From NCBI GenBank assembly GCA_036229005.1, contig JAZAMN010000032.1:25661-89660 (forward strand): a DNA stretch of 64,000 bases. The letters are read 5' to 3'. Made by a program: the position numbers and the translations under genes. Each line of letters begins with the position of its first letter. The stretch's first letter is position 1. This stretch comes from Myxococcota bacterium. Its GTDB lineage: Bacteria > Myxococcota_A > UBA796 > CAJQPC01. Under the pieces are notes generated by a model, which was not told the DNA's origin, did not search any database, and was given only the letters and a program-made list of their open reading frames with translations. Positions 47,711 through 56,699 of the stretch are shown here, one piece after another.

Positions 47711-50656
47711 ATGCCCGCCTTGACCCTCGGACCCTTTGCCCTGGACCAGAAGGTGTCCGGGGGCGCCAACGGCGACGTCTGGTCGGGCACCCATGTCGAC
47801 AGCGGCCTGCCCGTCGCGGTCAAGGTCCTCAAGGCCGAGCTGGCCCTCAAGGAGCGCGCCGCGCAGGGCTTCCGGAACGAGGTGCGCGCGATGGCCGCCC
47901 TCCACCACCCCCACATCGCGACGGTCTTCGATCAAGGCACTCTGGGCCTGGACGAGGAGCTCGCCAGCGGCGGGGAGCTCGCCTCCGGCTGCCCCTACCT
48001 GGTGATGGAGTGGGCCAGCGGCGGGACCCTGGCCGATCGGCCCCCGCCCCGGACCTACGAGCAGCTCCTCGCGCTCATCGAGCCCCTGCTCTCCGCTCTG
48101 GGCCACGCACACGCCCGGGGGGTGATCCACCGCGATCTCAAGCCCGCCAACGTCCTCTTCTGCTCCCCCGAGGACCTGCGGCCGGGCCTCAAGCTGGCGG
48201 ACTTCGGGCTGGCCGTGAAGATCCACCCCGAGCGCGACGTGCGCCGCCTGCTGGGCACACCGCACTACATGGCCCCCGAGCAGTGGCGCGCCCACGTGCG
48301 CAACCAGGGGCCCTGGACCGACCTGTACGCCCTGGCCTGCCTGGTCTACCGGATCTGCACCGGCAACGGGCCCTTCGTCGCCCGCAGCATCAAGGAGATG
48401 CGCCGCTACCACCTGCACGACGCGCCCCCGCCCCTGGCCGCGCAGTTCGCCGTCCCCAGCGGCTTCCAGGACTGGCTGAACCACCTGCTGGAGAAGCGCC
48501 CCGAGATGCGCCCCAGCTGCGCCGCCGAGGCCCTGGAGGCCCTGCCGGAGCACGAGCCCCACCGCCCCAGCCCCCTGGACCAGGACGACACCCCGGTGCT
48601 CCAGTCCGGCGGCCTGGGCCTCTACGGCCTGCGCACCATCCCCCTGGTCGACCGCGAGCCCCAGCGCGTTCAGCTCTGGAGCAGCCTGGAGGCCGCGCGC
48701 ACCCAGGGCCTGCAGGTCGTCGTGCTGGAGGGCCCCGCCGGCTGCGGGAAGAGCCGCCTGGCCGAGTGGCTCTGCGTGGCGGCCTCCGACGCTGGACGGG
48801 CCGGGGTGCTGCGCGCCGACCACGGCCCCACCGCCGACGAGGGCACCGGCTTCGGCCCCATGGTCAGCCGCGCCATCCAGTCCCTGGGCCTGGAGGAGGA
48901 CCACGAGGCCCTGCGCGCCCGGGTCGTCGAGTGGCTGCTGGGCCACAGCAGCGCCGATCCCTTCGAGGTCGAGGCCCTCAGCTCCCTGGTCGCCCGCGGC
49001 CGCGCCCGCAGCCAGGGCCGCGTCCAGCTCAACACCCAGCCCGAGCGCCTGGGCGTGGTCGGCCGCGTGCTGGAGCGCGAGTGCAAGCGCCGCCCGCAGA
49101 TCTTGTGGATCGACGACGCCCAGTGGGCCCCCGAGGCCCTGGCCCTGCTGGAGCGCCTGGCCATCCGCGGGCTCAAGCTGCCCCTGATGGTCGTCGCCAC
49201 CGTCCAGGCCGAGGCCCTGCAGCAGCGCATGGACACCAAGGTCGCCCTCTCCCGCCTGCAGGAGCGCCTGGGCCCCCGGATGCTGCGCCTGGAGGTCGGC
49301 CCCCTGGACCCCCAGCACGGCCTGGAGCTGGCCCGCCGCCTGCTGGGCATGGACCCCGAGCTCACCCGCGAGCTCGCCCAGCTCTCCGAGGGCAACCCCC
49401 TCTACGCCGTCCAGCTCGTCGCCGAGTGGGTGGACGAGCAGCTCCTGGAGGAGTCCGAGCGCGGCTACCGCCTGCTCCCCGAGGGGCGCGACCAGCTCCC
49501 CGACTCCCTCTCCGACGTGTGGAGCCTGCGCCTGCGCAGCCTGCTGGAGCTGCGCCCCGAGGACGACCGCCGCGCCCTGGAGATCGCCGCCGTCCTGGGC
49601 CACTCCGTCGACCCCACCCTGTGGCGCACCACCTGCGAGCGCGCCTGGGCCATCCCCTCAGAGGGCCTGGTCGAAGACCTGCTCCAGGCCCGCCTGGCCC
49701 GCAGCGGCGAGCGCGGCCCGGAAGAGGGCTGGAGCTTCGTCCACGCCATGCTGCGCGAGAGTCTGCTGCAGGACGCCCGCGCCGCCGGCCGCATCCAGGC
49801 CCACGCCCGCCTGGGCGCCGAGGCCCTGCGCCAGCTCGAGGGCGACCCCGACCGCATCGCCCGCCTGCTGGAGCTCGGGGGCCTGCCCGGCGCCGCCGCC
49901 AGCGAGCTCCAGAAGGCCCTCAACGCCGCCCTCAGCCAGCACGCCCGCACCAACGCCCGCCAGCTCCTGCTGCGCCTCTGGCAGCTCCTGGAGACCCTGG
50001 AGCCCGGCGAGGCCCTCAAGCGCCGCGAGATCGAGGCCACCCTCTCCGCCGCCTGGCTGCGCATCCTGGAGCGCCGCTCCGCCGAAGACCTGCTCCGCAC
50101 CGCCCTGCGCTCCGCCGTCAAGCTCCAGCTCGTCGACCGCCAGGTCCGCGCCCTCACCCTGCTCGCCGAAGACCGCCTCCAGCGCGATCTCCCCGCCGGC
50201 GCCCGCAAGGCCCTGCTCCGCGCCGCCCGCCTGGACGCCGAGCTCTCCCCCCAGTTCCAGGCCCACCTGGAGCACGTCGCCGCCCGCCTGCTCACCCAGG
50301 AGCGCCAGTTCGACAAGGCCCTGCGCCGCTACGGGGTCGCTGCTCGGATGAGGGAGGAGGCTGTGCAGCCCGAGCTCGCTGCCCGGGTACAACTCGAGCA
50401 CGCCCGGGTGCTCCACCAATCCGGCCAACCTGGCGCCAGCGAGGACATGCTGCTGCGCGTCCTCGACCGCTTCGAGGACCTGGGCTGCCTGGTCGACGCC
50501 GCCCGCACCCAGGCCTTGCTGGGCGACATCTGCCGCAAGTCCGGCCGCCTCTCCGAGGCCCAAGATCACTACCGCAAGGCCCTGGCCCGCCTGGAGCTCA
50601 CCGGCCAGGACAGCCCCGCCCTGCGGCGGCACCTGCTGGCGCTCGCTCCCGACTGA
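47711..50656 (+). CDS. Ser/Thr protein kinase with AAA ATPase and TPR-like region
   Basis: HRDLKPAN, DFG, GTPHYMAPEQ; GPAGCGKS, IDDAQW, EGNPLY. Confidence 0.92.
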   Translation: MPALTLGPFALDQKVSGGANGDVWSGTHVDSGLPVAVKVLKAELALKERAAQGFRNEVRAMAALHHPHIATVFDQGTLGLDEELASGGELASGCPYLVMEWASGGTLADRPPPRTYEQLLALIEPLLSALGHAHARGVIHRDLKPANVLFCSPEDLRPGLKLADFGLAVKIHPERDVRRLLGTPHYMAPEQWRAHVRNQGPWTDLYALACLVYRICTGNGPFVARSIKEMRRYHLHDAPPPLAAQFAVPSGFQDWLNHLLEKRPEMRPSCAAEALEALPEHEPHRPSPLDQDDTPVLQSGGLGLYGLRTIPLVDREPQRVQLWSSLEAARTQGLQVVVLEGPAGCGKSRLAEWLCVAASDAGRAGVLRADHGPTADEGTGFGPMVSRAIQSLGLEEDHEALRARVVEWLLGHSSADPFEVEALSSLVARGRARSQGRVQLNTQPERLGVVGRVLERECKRRPQILWIDDAQWAPEALALLERLAIRGLKLPLMVVATVQAEALQQRMDTKVALSRLQERLGPRMLRLEVGPLDPQHGLELARRLLGMDPELTRELAQLSEGNPLYAVQLVAEWVDEQLLEESERGYRLLPEGRDQLPDSLSDVWSLRLRSLLELRPEDDRRALEIAAVLGHSVDPTLWRTTCERAWAIPSEGLVEDLLQARLARSGERGPEEGWSFVHAMLRESLLQDARAAGRIQAHARLGAEALRQLEGDPDRIARLLELGGLPGAAASELQKALNAALSQHARTNARQLLLRLWQLLETLEPGEALKRREIEATLSAAWLRILERRSAEDLLRTALRSAVKLQLVDRQVRALTLLAEDRLQRDLPAGARKALLRAARLDAELSPQFQAHLEHVAARLLTQERQFDKALRRYGVAARMREEAVQPELAARVQLEHARVLHQSGQPGASEDMLLRVLDRFEDLGCLVDAARTQALLGDICRKSGRLSEAQDHYRKALARLELTGQDSPALRRHLLALAPD

Positions 50657-50791
50657 GACTCGGCCTCAAACGCCGCGCTTGCGTCAGGACAGCCGACGGC
50701 CCCGCACAGAGAAACCGTCCATCTCCGCCGCCCACCATTGGGCGGGGGCCGCCGACCGTCGGGGGGTAGACACCGGCGGAGGGCGGTTCAT

Positions 50792-51388
50792 TCACCGGGC
50801 GTCGGGCTGGTGCACCAGATCGTGCATCGCCACCACTGCCTCCTGGTCGTCCACAAAGTCCGTGAAGTCCAGCCACACCTCCGCCGCCGCGGTCCCCTGG
50901 TCCACCTCCCAGTCCAAGATCAGCGGCGGGTTCACAAAGAAGCCCGCCCCCTCCGGCCCGTACTCCCGCAGCCTGGCCTCCAGGTCGTCGTCGTGCTCCA
51001 GGGCCCCGATGCACTGCAGGTGCGCCCCCTGGTCCAGCACGCACGCGGCGTCCTCCGTCGGCTCCACCCCCTCGATGTCCCAGCGGCCCGCCAGCGGCAC
51101 GCGGTACTCCGGCCCCGGGCAGTCGTCTCCCTCCCAGGTGATCCGCGCCGGCATCTCCTCGCTGGTGGAGAGCAGCACAGAGATCTCTGAGAGGAGCTCA
51201 TCGGGGTTCTGGTTGAGGAAGGACTGTCGGCCCACCACAGAGTCCCTCAGCTCACCGAAAGACACCCCGTCCACCTGGTCATCCCAAGACATCGACTCCA
51301 CCGTCGAGGAACAGCTCAGCGCGGCCAGACCGGAGGGGTCAAAGGCGGGCTGCTCTGCGCAGCCGAGCAGGAGGGCTACCAGGACCAT
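50792..51388 (-). CDS. Paralogous lipoprotein, type A copy 1
   Basis: MVLVALLLGC; nearly identical to 53387-53983. Confidence 0.8.
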   Translation of the reverse strand: MVLVALLLGCAEQPAFDPSGLAALSCSSTVESMSWDDQVDGVSFGELRDSVVGRQSFLNQNPDELLSEISVLLSTSEEMPARITWEGDDCPGPEYRVPLAGRWDIEGVEPTEDAACVLDQGAHLQCIGALEHDDDLEARLREYGPEGAGFFVNPPLILDWEVDQGTAAAEVWLDFTDFVDDQEAVVAMHDLVHQPDAR

Positions 51389-51393
51389 GTTCC
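50801..51393. repeat. ~590-bp direct repeat, copy 1 (copy 2 at 53396-53988)
   Basis: Near-identical DNA with scattered substitutions. Confidence 0.9.
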
Positions 51394-51972
51394 AGCTACC
51401 CATACCGCCCCCCCCTTGTTTACGTCCTTCGTTCGAACGGTGACATCTAGATCAACCAAACCGGCGTCCTCATCAGCGGTGACCCAAAATCGGTAGTTGT
51501 ACCCCTCCTCTGGGCTCCCACCGAAGAGCTCAGGGTGCCAATACAGACTTCCTGAATCGGTGTTTGATTGGAGCCTCAACTCAGTGAGGCCATCCTCCTC
51601 CACGACGACACTCCAGTCGCTCTCTGAACCAGCTGAGACGGCCTGGATTCCGCCGTCCAGGGACTGTACCGACCCAAGCAGCGGCACCATCAGCTTTGGG
51701 CTCGGATCACAGTTCCCAGCCTCAACGATGCGCTCCACCTCAGCGACTGCATCCGACAGGAAGAGATCAAGCTGGAACAACTCGCCGACCCCAACGGGCG
51801 GCCGACGGTCCTCCGAGGTCCAGATGGGCTCGACGGTCCAGCTCCCCAGGTAGGGCGCCGCCCACTGGTCTGCTTCTTGACCAGCCCACTCCGCGTCCTC
51901 CAAAGGAACACGTTCCCAATCACACATCCCGTTGTTGGCACAACCAACGGCGGCTACGAACCAGACAAACAT
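51376..51972 (-). CDS. Paralogous lipoprotein, type B copy 1
   Basis: MFVWFVAAVGC; WAGQ..QWA.PYLGSW.VEP, QSLDG.IQAV. Confidence 0.8.
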   Translation of the reverse strand: MFVWFVAAVGCANNGMCDWERVPLEDAEWAGQEADQWAAPYLGSWTVEPIWTSEDRRPPVGVGELFQLDLFLSDAVAEVERIVEAGNCDPSPKLMVPLLGSVQSLDGGIQAVSAGSESDWSVVVEEDGLTELRLQSNTDSGSLYWHPELFGGSPEEGYNYRFWVTADEDAGLVDLDVTVRTKDVNKGGAVWVAGTWSW

Positions 51973-53277
51973 CTAGTAGCTCCAGAGGCCATCTGTGATG
52001 ACCGAGATCCACTCGCTGCGCCAATACGAGGCTCTCGCCCCTGCCGCAGTATTCCAAGGGGGATTGTTCGACGAGTGAACACCGACTACATATCGACGGC
52101 CGCCCTCGTCGCCTGGATCGTAGAAATAAGGCCCACCAGAATAGCCGTTACCATGAGTAACGTTGAGTCTCAGAGACTTTGTGTAGACAGTAGCAGCCTC
52201 CCCCTCCGCTAAGTGGAGCCGAGATCCCTCCATATACTCGGTGTTAGCCGATCGTTCTTCCCTCCAGTTGCTGATGCAGGAAGGATCGGAACGCCAGATG
52301 GTTGGATACCCCCCAAGGTACAGCTCCGAACTACGAATAGTCGCTGAGCTTACGCTGGAAAAGTACATCTTATTGTCCGACCCTCCGATAGCGTCTTCTA
52401 GCTCGATCAACACCCAGTCATGCTTGGCCGAAGGTTCATCGTCATTCACGCTCGGGTTGACATATTGGCCACTACCCAAGCTGCAGTCTGGGGTTGCATC
52501 TTCCCAATTCCCACGCGTACAGAACTTATACGAACTCGGCAAGCCCGCAAACGCCCCCGTGGAGTCGATAAAGCAATGGGCTGCTGAGAGCACGACATCT
52601 GAGCGAACAAGAACACCGCTACATCCTCCGTGCCAATACGTGTCGATCGCAACGATTGGATCAGTCTCGTACGTGTTCATCTCAGAGGTCACGATCACAT
52701 CCTCTTGCCCCCCTTGGTCCCATACATGATTTGTCGTTGTTGAGGACGTGCATGAGACTTGCGTGAATGACTCAAACTCGAACCAGCCGCCCTCGGTGTC
52801 CTCCACAGCGTCTTCAACCCCCGTATCCGGCTCCCCACTGTCCACTGCACCAGAAACCTGCTGGAAGGCCATCTCCTCCCCAAGCGCCATCAGGTCGTAC
52901 TGGGCAATCCCCCTATCCAACAGCGGCCGGTCCACGTCCACCACCTTCCACAGCCGCCCCTGAGCATCCACCTTGTGCATGCCGTAGAAGGGCTCATGCG
53001 TGCTCTGCCCATCGTCCCAGACCGGCTCGTCCCAAGGCTTGGGCTCCTTTGCGAAACGCGCAGCGCCGATGTGCTCCCAGGTCAGCGCACCGACCTTCTC
53101 ACGCTGGCCGATACCTTGGTCCGCCCCAGGCAGTGCGTACATCCGTTCCTGCCCTGTGTAGAGCAGGCTGGACGAATACCCTGAGCTGGACTCGTCTGGC
53201 TTGGTCGCACCAGACACCTCAGCGGCCTCATGGTGATTCACGCACGAGAAGAGAAGAGAAGAGAAGAGAATGCTCAT
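51973..53277 (-). CDS. Trypsin-like (V8/glutamyl endopeptidase-type) serine protease lipoprotein
   Basis: MSILFSSLLFSC; CSGVLV...LSAAHC, HDW.LIEL, GYSGGP catalytic triad; lower GC. Confidence 0.85.
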   Translation of the reverse strand: MSILFSSLLFSCVNHHEAAEVSGATKPDESSSGYSSSLLYTGQERMYALPGADQGIGQREKVGALTWEHIGAARFAKEPKPWDEPVWDDGQSTHEPFYGMHKVDAQGRLWKVVDVDRPLLDRGIAQYDLMALGEEMAFQQVSGAVDSGEPDTGVEDAVEDTEGGWFEFESFTQVSCTSSTTTNHVWDQGGQEDVIVTSEMNTYETDPIVAIDTYWHGGCSGVLVRSDVVLSAAHCFIDSTGAFAGLPSSYKFCTRGNWEDATPDCSLGSGQYVNPSVNDDEPSAKHDWVLIELEDAIGGSDNKMYFSSVSSATIRSSELYLGGYPTIWRSDPSCISNWREERSANTEYMEGSRLHLAEGEAATVYTKSLRLNVTHGNGYSGGPYFYDPGDEGGRRYVVGVHSSNNPPWNTAAGARASYWRSEWISVITDGLWSY

Positions 53278-53386
53278 TCGATGCCCCCAGGGGATTTGCC
53301 GAAGTTCAGCAGTGAACGTAGATCCCCGCCACCGGACGGTACCATCCCGCGAACTCTCGAGTGTATGTAGATAAACGTACTTCTCA

Positions 53387-53983
53387 TCACCTACCGTCGG
53401 GCTGGTGCACCAGATCGTGCATCGCCACCACCGCCTCCTGGTCGTCCACAAAGTCCGTGAAGTCCAGCCACACCTCCGCCGCCGCGGTCCCCTGGTCGAC
53501 CTCCCAGTCCAAGATCAGCGGCGGGTTCACAAAGAAGCCCGCCCCCTCCGGCCCGTACTCCCGCAGCTTGGCCTCCAGGTCCTCGTCGTGCTCCAGGGCC
53601 CCGACGCACTGCAGGTGCGCCCCCTGATCCAGCACGCACGCCGCATCCCTCGTGGGCTCCACCCCCTCGATGTCCCAGCGACCCGCCAGCGGCACGCGGT
53701 ACTCCGGCCCCGGGCAGTCGTCTCCCTCCCAGGTGATCCGCGCCGGCATGTCCTCGCTGGTGGAGAGCAGCACAGAGATCTCTGAGAGGAGCTCATCGGG
53801 GTTTTGGTTGAGGAAGGACTGTCTGCCCACCACCGAATCCCTCAGCTCACCGAAAGACACACCGTCCACCTGCTCATCCCAAGACATCGACTCCACCGTC
53901 GAGGAACAGCTCAGCGCGGCCAGACCGGAGGGGTCGAAGGCGGGCTGCTCTGCGCAGCCGAGCAGGAGGGCTACCAGGACCAT
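53387..53983 (-). CDS. Paralogous lipoprotein, type A copy 2
   Basis: Nearly identical to type A copy 1. Confidence 0.8.
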   Translation of the reverse strand: MVLVALLLGCAEQPAFDPSGLAALSCSSTVESMSWDEQVDGVSFGELRDSVVGRQSFLNQNPDELLSEISVLLSTSEDMPARITWEGDDCPGPEYRVPLAGRWDIEGVEPTRDAACVLDQGAHLQCVGALEHDEDLEAKLREYGPEGAGFFVNPPLILDWEVDQGTAAAEVWLDFTDFVDDQEAVVAMHDLVHQPDGR

Positions 53984-53988
53984 GTTCC
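53396..53988. repeat. ~590-bp direct repeat, copy 2
   Basis: Matches 50801-51393. Confidence 0.9.
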
Positions 53989-54558
53989 GTCGCTCCAGAC
54001 CATCCTGGCCGAGTTCTCCCGCGTGACGTCCATGGCCAGGCTGCCGCCGCCATCGTGGGCCCAGAGATGGAAGCGGTGGTTGGCCCCATCGCCCTCGCCT
54101 TCAAAGAGCCCGCTCCAGGCCAGGCTCCCCGACTCGGTCTGGGAGAGCAGCGCGACCCCGTCCTCACCGTCCTCACGTACCTGCACCACCCAGTCTTGCT
54201 CCGAGCCGCTGTGGACCGCCTGGATGTTGCCGTCCAATGATTGAAGGGAGCCGGTGACGGGGACCCGCAGCGTCGGGGTGGGGTCGCAACTGCCCCCAAC
54301 GGCGATCTGCTTCACCATCGCCGGCTCGCTGGACAGCGCCAGGTCGATCTGGAACAACTCGCCGACCCCAACGGGCGGCCGAAGGTCCTCCGAGGTCCAG
54401 GTGGGCTCAATCGTCCAGCTCCCCAGGTAGGGCTCCGCCCACTGCTCCGGAGTCTGCCCCGCCCAAGTGTCCTCGGAGAAGGCGACCTGCTCCCACTCGC
54501 ACATGCCGGTGTGCAGGGTGTAGGTCTCGCAGCCCACCAGAAGAATCAACAGCGGCAT
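53971..54558 (-). CDS. Paralogous lipoprotein, type B copy 2
   Basis: MPLLILLVGC; same type B motifs; GAGGAGG RBS. Confidence 0.8.
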   Translation of the reverse strand: MPLLILLVGCETYTLHTGMCEWEQVAFSEDTWAGQTPEQWAEPYLGSWTIEPTWTSEDLRPPVGVGELFQIDLALSSEPAMVKQIAVGGSCDPTPTLRVPVTGSLQSLDGNIQAVHSGSEQDWVVQVREDGEDGVALLSQTESGSLAWSGLFEGEGDGANHRFHLWAHDGGGSLAMDVTRENSARMVWSDGTWSW

Positions 54559-54625
54559 GCGCCCCCCTCCTCAGCTCGAACACCGAGCTTATGGTGGGTC
54601 GGGGCTCTGAGCCACAAGCAGCTAA

Positions 54626-55212
54626 CTACCACGCCCACTTACCCGGCCCCCAGATCACACTGCCCTTGTGGATCTCCTTGTTCCGGATGCTCCGCTGGAG
54701 AGAGAGCCGTCCCCCGAGCTCGTCCCCGCGCACAAAGACCTGGTAGCTGACCCCATCGGCCGGGTCCCCCTCAAAGAGCGAATCCTCCCAGCGCAGGCTC
54801 CCCGCATCGGTCCGAGCGGTCAGCTCCAGCCAGGCCAGCCCATCCTCCCGCACGACCACTGCCCAGTCCGACTCCGAGCCGCTGTGTACCGCCTGGATTC
54901 CGCCATCCAGCGACTGCACCGACCCAGCCAGGAGCACCCGCAGCTTGGGGGTCTGATCGCAGTAGCCGGCCTCCTTGATCTGCTCGACCGCAGGCTGCCC
55001 GCCACGCGACAGGTCGATCTGGAAGACCTCGGCCACCCCCACCGGAGGTTGCTCCTCGTGCCAGGTCCAGGTCGGCTCGACGGTCCAGCTTCCCAGGTAG
55101 GCCTCCGCCCACTGCTCCGGCGTCTGCCCCGCCCAGCTCTCCCCCGCGAAGGGCACCTGCTCCCATGCGCACAGGTTGTAGTCGACGCACCCGCCCAGAG
55201 CAGAAGCCACAC
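54626..55212 (-). pseudogene. Paralogous lipoprotein, type B copy 3, with a probable 1-nt frameshift in the signal peptide
   Basis: GTG-start MWLLLWAG is out of frame with CVDYNLC...; one extra G at 55190-55192 would restore MWLLLWAGC. Confidence 0.55.
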
Positions 55213-55215
55213 CCG

Positions 55216-55821
55216 CTAGTCCTGCACCTGATGCACCCAGTCGGACATCAGCACGTCCACGCGGCGCTCCTCGTCGTCGTACCAGCTCTCCCCGGACTCC
55301 ACAAAGGTCAGCCACAGCTCCACGCTGGCCGTGCCCTGGTCGAGCTCCCAGTCCAGCACCATCGGCGGGTCAGGCACAAAGCCGGCGTCCTCCGGTCCGT
55401 AGGCCTGCAGCTCGGCCTCCAACGCCTCGTCGGGCTTGATCTCCCCGATGCACTGCAGGTGCGCCCCCTGGTCCAGCATGCACAGCGCATCCGAGTTCGC
55501 CGCCACCCCCGCGATCTCCCAGCGACCCGACAGCGGCACCCGGTATTCCGGCTCCGGGCAGCCCTCGCCCTCCCAGGTGATGCGCGCCGGCGTGTCCTCG
55601 CTGGTGGAGAGCAGCACAGAGATCTCCGTGAAGAGCTCATTGGGGGTCTGGTTGAGGAAGGACTGTCGGCCCACCACAGAGTCCCTCAGCTCACCGAAAG
55701 ACACCCCGTCCACCTGGTCATCCCAGGAAACGGCCTCCACCGTCGAGGAACAGCTCAGCGCCGCCAGCCCCGCCGGGTCAAACTCCGGGGACTGCGCGCA
55801 GCCCAGCAGCAGGATCACCAT
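55216..55821 (-). CDS. Paralogous lipoprotein, type A copy 3 (more diverged)
   Basis: MVILLLGC; LAALSCSSTVE..SWDDQVDGVSFGELRDSVVGRQSF. Confidence 0.8.
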   Translation of the reverse strand: MVILLLGCAQSPEFDPAGLAALSCSSTVEAVSWDDQVDGVSFGELRDSVVGRQSFLNQTPNELFTEISVLLSTSEDTPARITWEGEGCPEPEYRVPLSGRWEIAGVAANSDALCMLDQGAHLQCIGEIKPDEALEAELQAYGPEDAGFVPDPPMVLDWELDQGTASVELWLTFVESGESWYDDEERRVDVLMSDWVHQVQD

Positions 55822-56408
55822 GCCCACAGGCCCTCCCCCCAGACGCTGGAGGCGCTGTTTCGCTCGGGGGTGCGCTCGACGTGGTCCAGGGCGAAGCTGC
55901 CCTCCTGCTCGGTCGCGGACACAAAGAAGCGCCAGTTGTGCCCTTGCTCCGGGTCGCCCTCGAACAGGGTGTCGTTCCACGCCAGGCTGCCGGTCTCGGT
56001 CTCGGCGAGGATGGACAGCTTCGCGTCACCGTCCTCGGAGACCTCGAGGTACCAAGACTCCTCGGCGCCGCTGTGGACGGCTTGGATGCTGCCGTCCAGT
56101 GACTGGATCGAGCCGGAGAGCGGAATCCGGATCTTGTCGCGCGGATCGCACAACGAGCCGCTGACGTGCTCCCAGACCACCACCGGCTCCCCGCTGCGCG
56201 CCAGGTCGAGCTGGAAGCTCTCGGCGACCCCGGTGGCGGGCCGCAGCTCCTGGTCCATCCAGGCGGGCTCCACGACCCAGCTCCCCACATAGGGCGCCGC
56301 CCACTGCTCGGCGCTCTGACCGGCCCACTGGGCCTGGCCCAGCTCGGTGGTGTCGAACGCGCAGGTGTCCAGCTCATTGCACGCCAGACTCAGAAGCAGG
56401 ACCATCAC
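55815..56408 (-). CDS. Paralogous lipoprotein, type B copy 4
   Basis: MVLLLSLAC; WAGQSAEQWAAPYVGSW, QSLDGSIQAVHSG. Confidence 0.8.
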   Translation of the reverse strand: MMVLLLSLACNELDTCAFDTTELGQAQWAGQSAEQWAAPYVGSWVVEPAWMDQELRPATGVAESFQLDLARSGEPVVVWEHVSGSLCDPRDKIRIPLSGSIQSLDGSIQAVHSGAEESWYLEVSEDGDAKLSILAETETGSLAWNDTLFEGDPEQGHNWRFFVSATEQEGSFALDHVERTPERNSASSVWGEGLWAW

Positions 56409-56441
56409 TACGCCGAGCGCGCCCTGGGTGTGACAGCGCGT

Positions 56442-56696
56442 TCAGGGCGCGCCGACCCCGACCTCGACTTGGCCGACCAGCCCCTCCAGACGCTCCAGGT
56501 CCTTGTCCAGCCCCGAGAGTTGGGAGCGCACCGGGTCAAAGTACCCAGGCTGCCCCTCCTCCCGGGCCTGCTCGCAGAGCTCCACCACCGCCTGGGCGTG
56601 CTCCCGCACCCGCAGCGTCTTGGCGCGGGCTTGGGACTGGGCGGCGGGGATGGCCCCCAGCAGGGCCAGGGGCAGCAGCACGGCGACGCGCCGCAC
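56442..56696 (-). CDS. Small hypothetical exported protein
   Basis: Signal-peptide-like start; directly follows the radical SAM gene. Confidence 0.55.
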   Translation of the reverse strand: MRRVAVLLPLALLGAIPAAQSQARAKTLRVREHAQAVVELCEQAREEGQPGYFDPVRSQLSGLDKDLERLEGLVGQVEVGVGAP

Positions 56697-56699
56697 GGA

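Noticed and set aside
50712..50789. Long imperfect hairpin as an ncRNA
   Set aside because: It lies between convergent genes and is adequately explained as a terminator-like structure; there is no other support.
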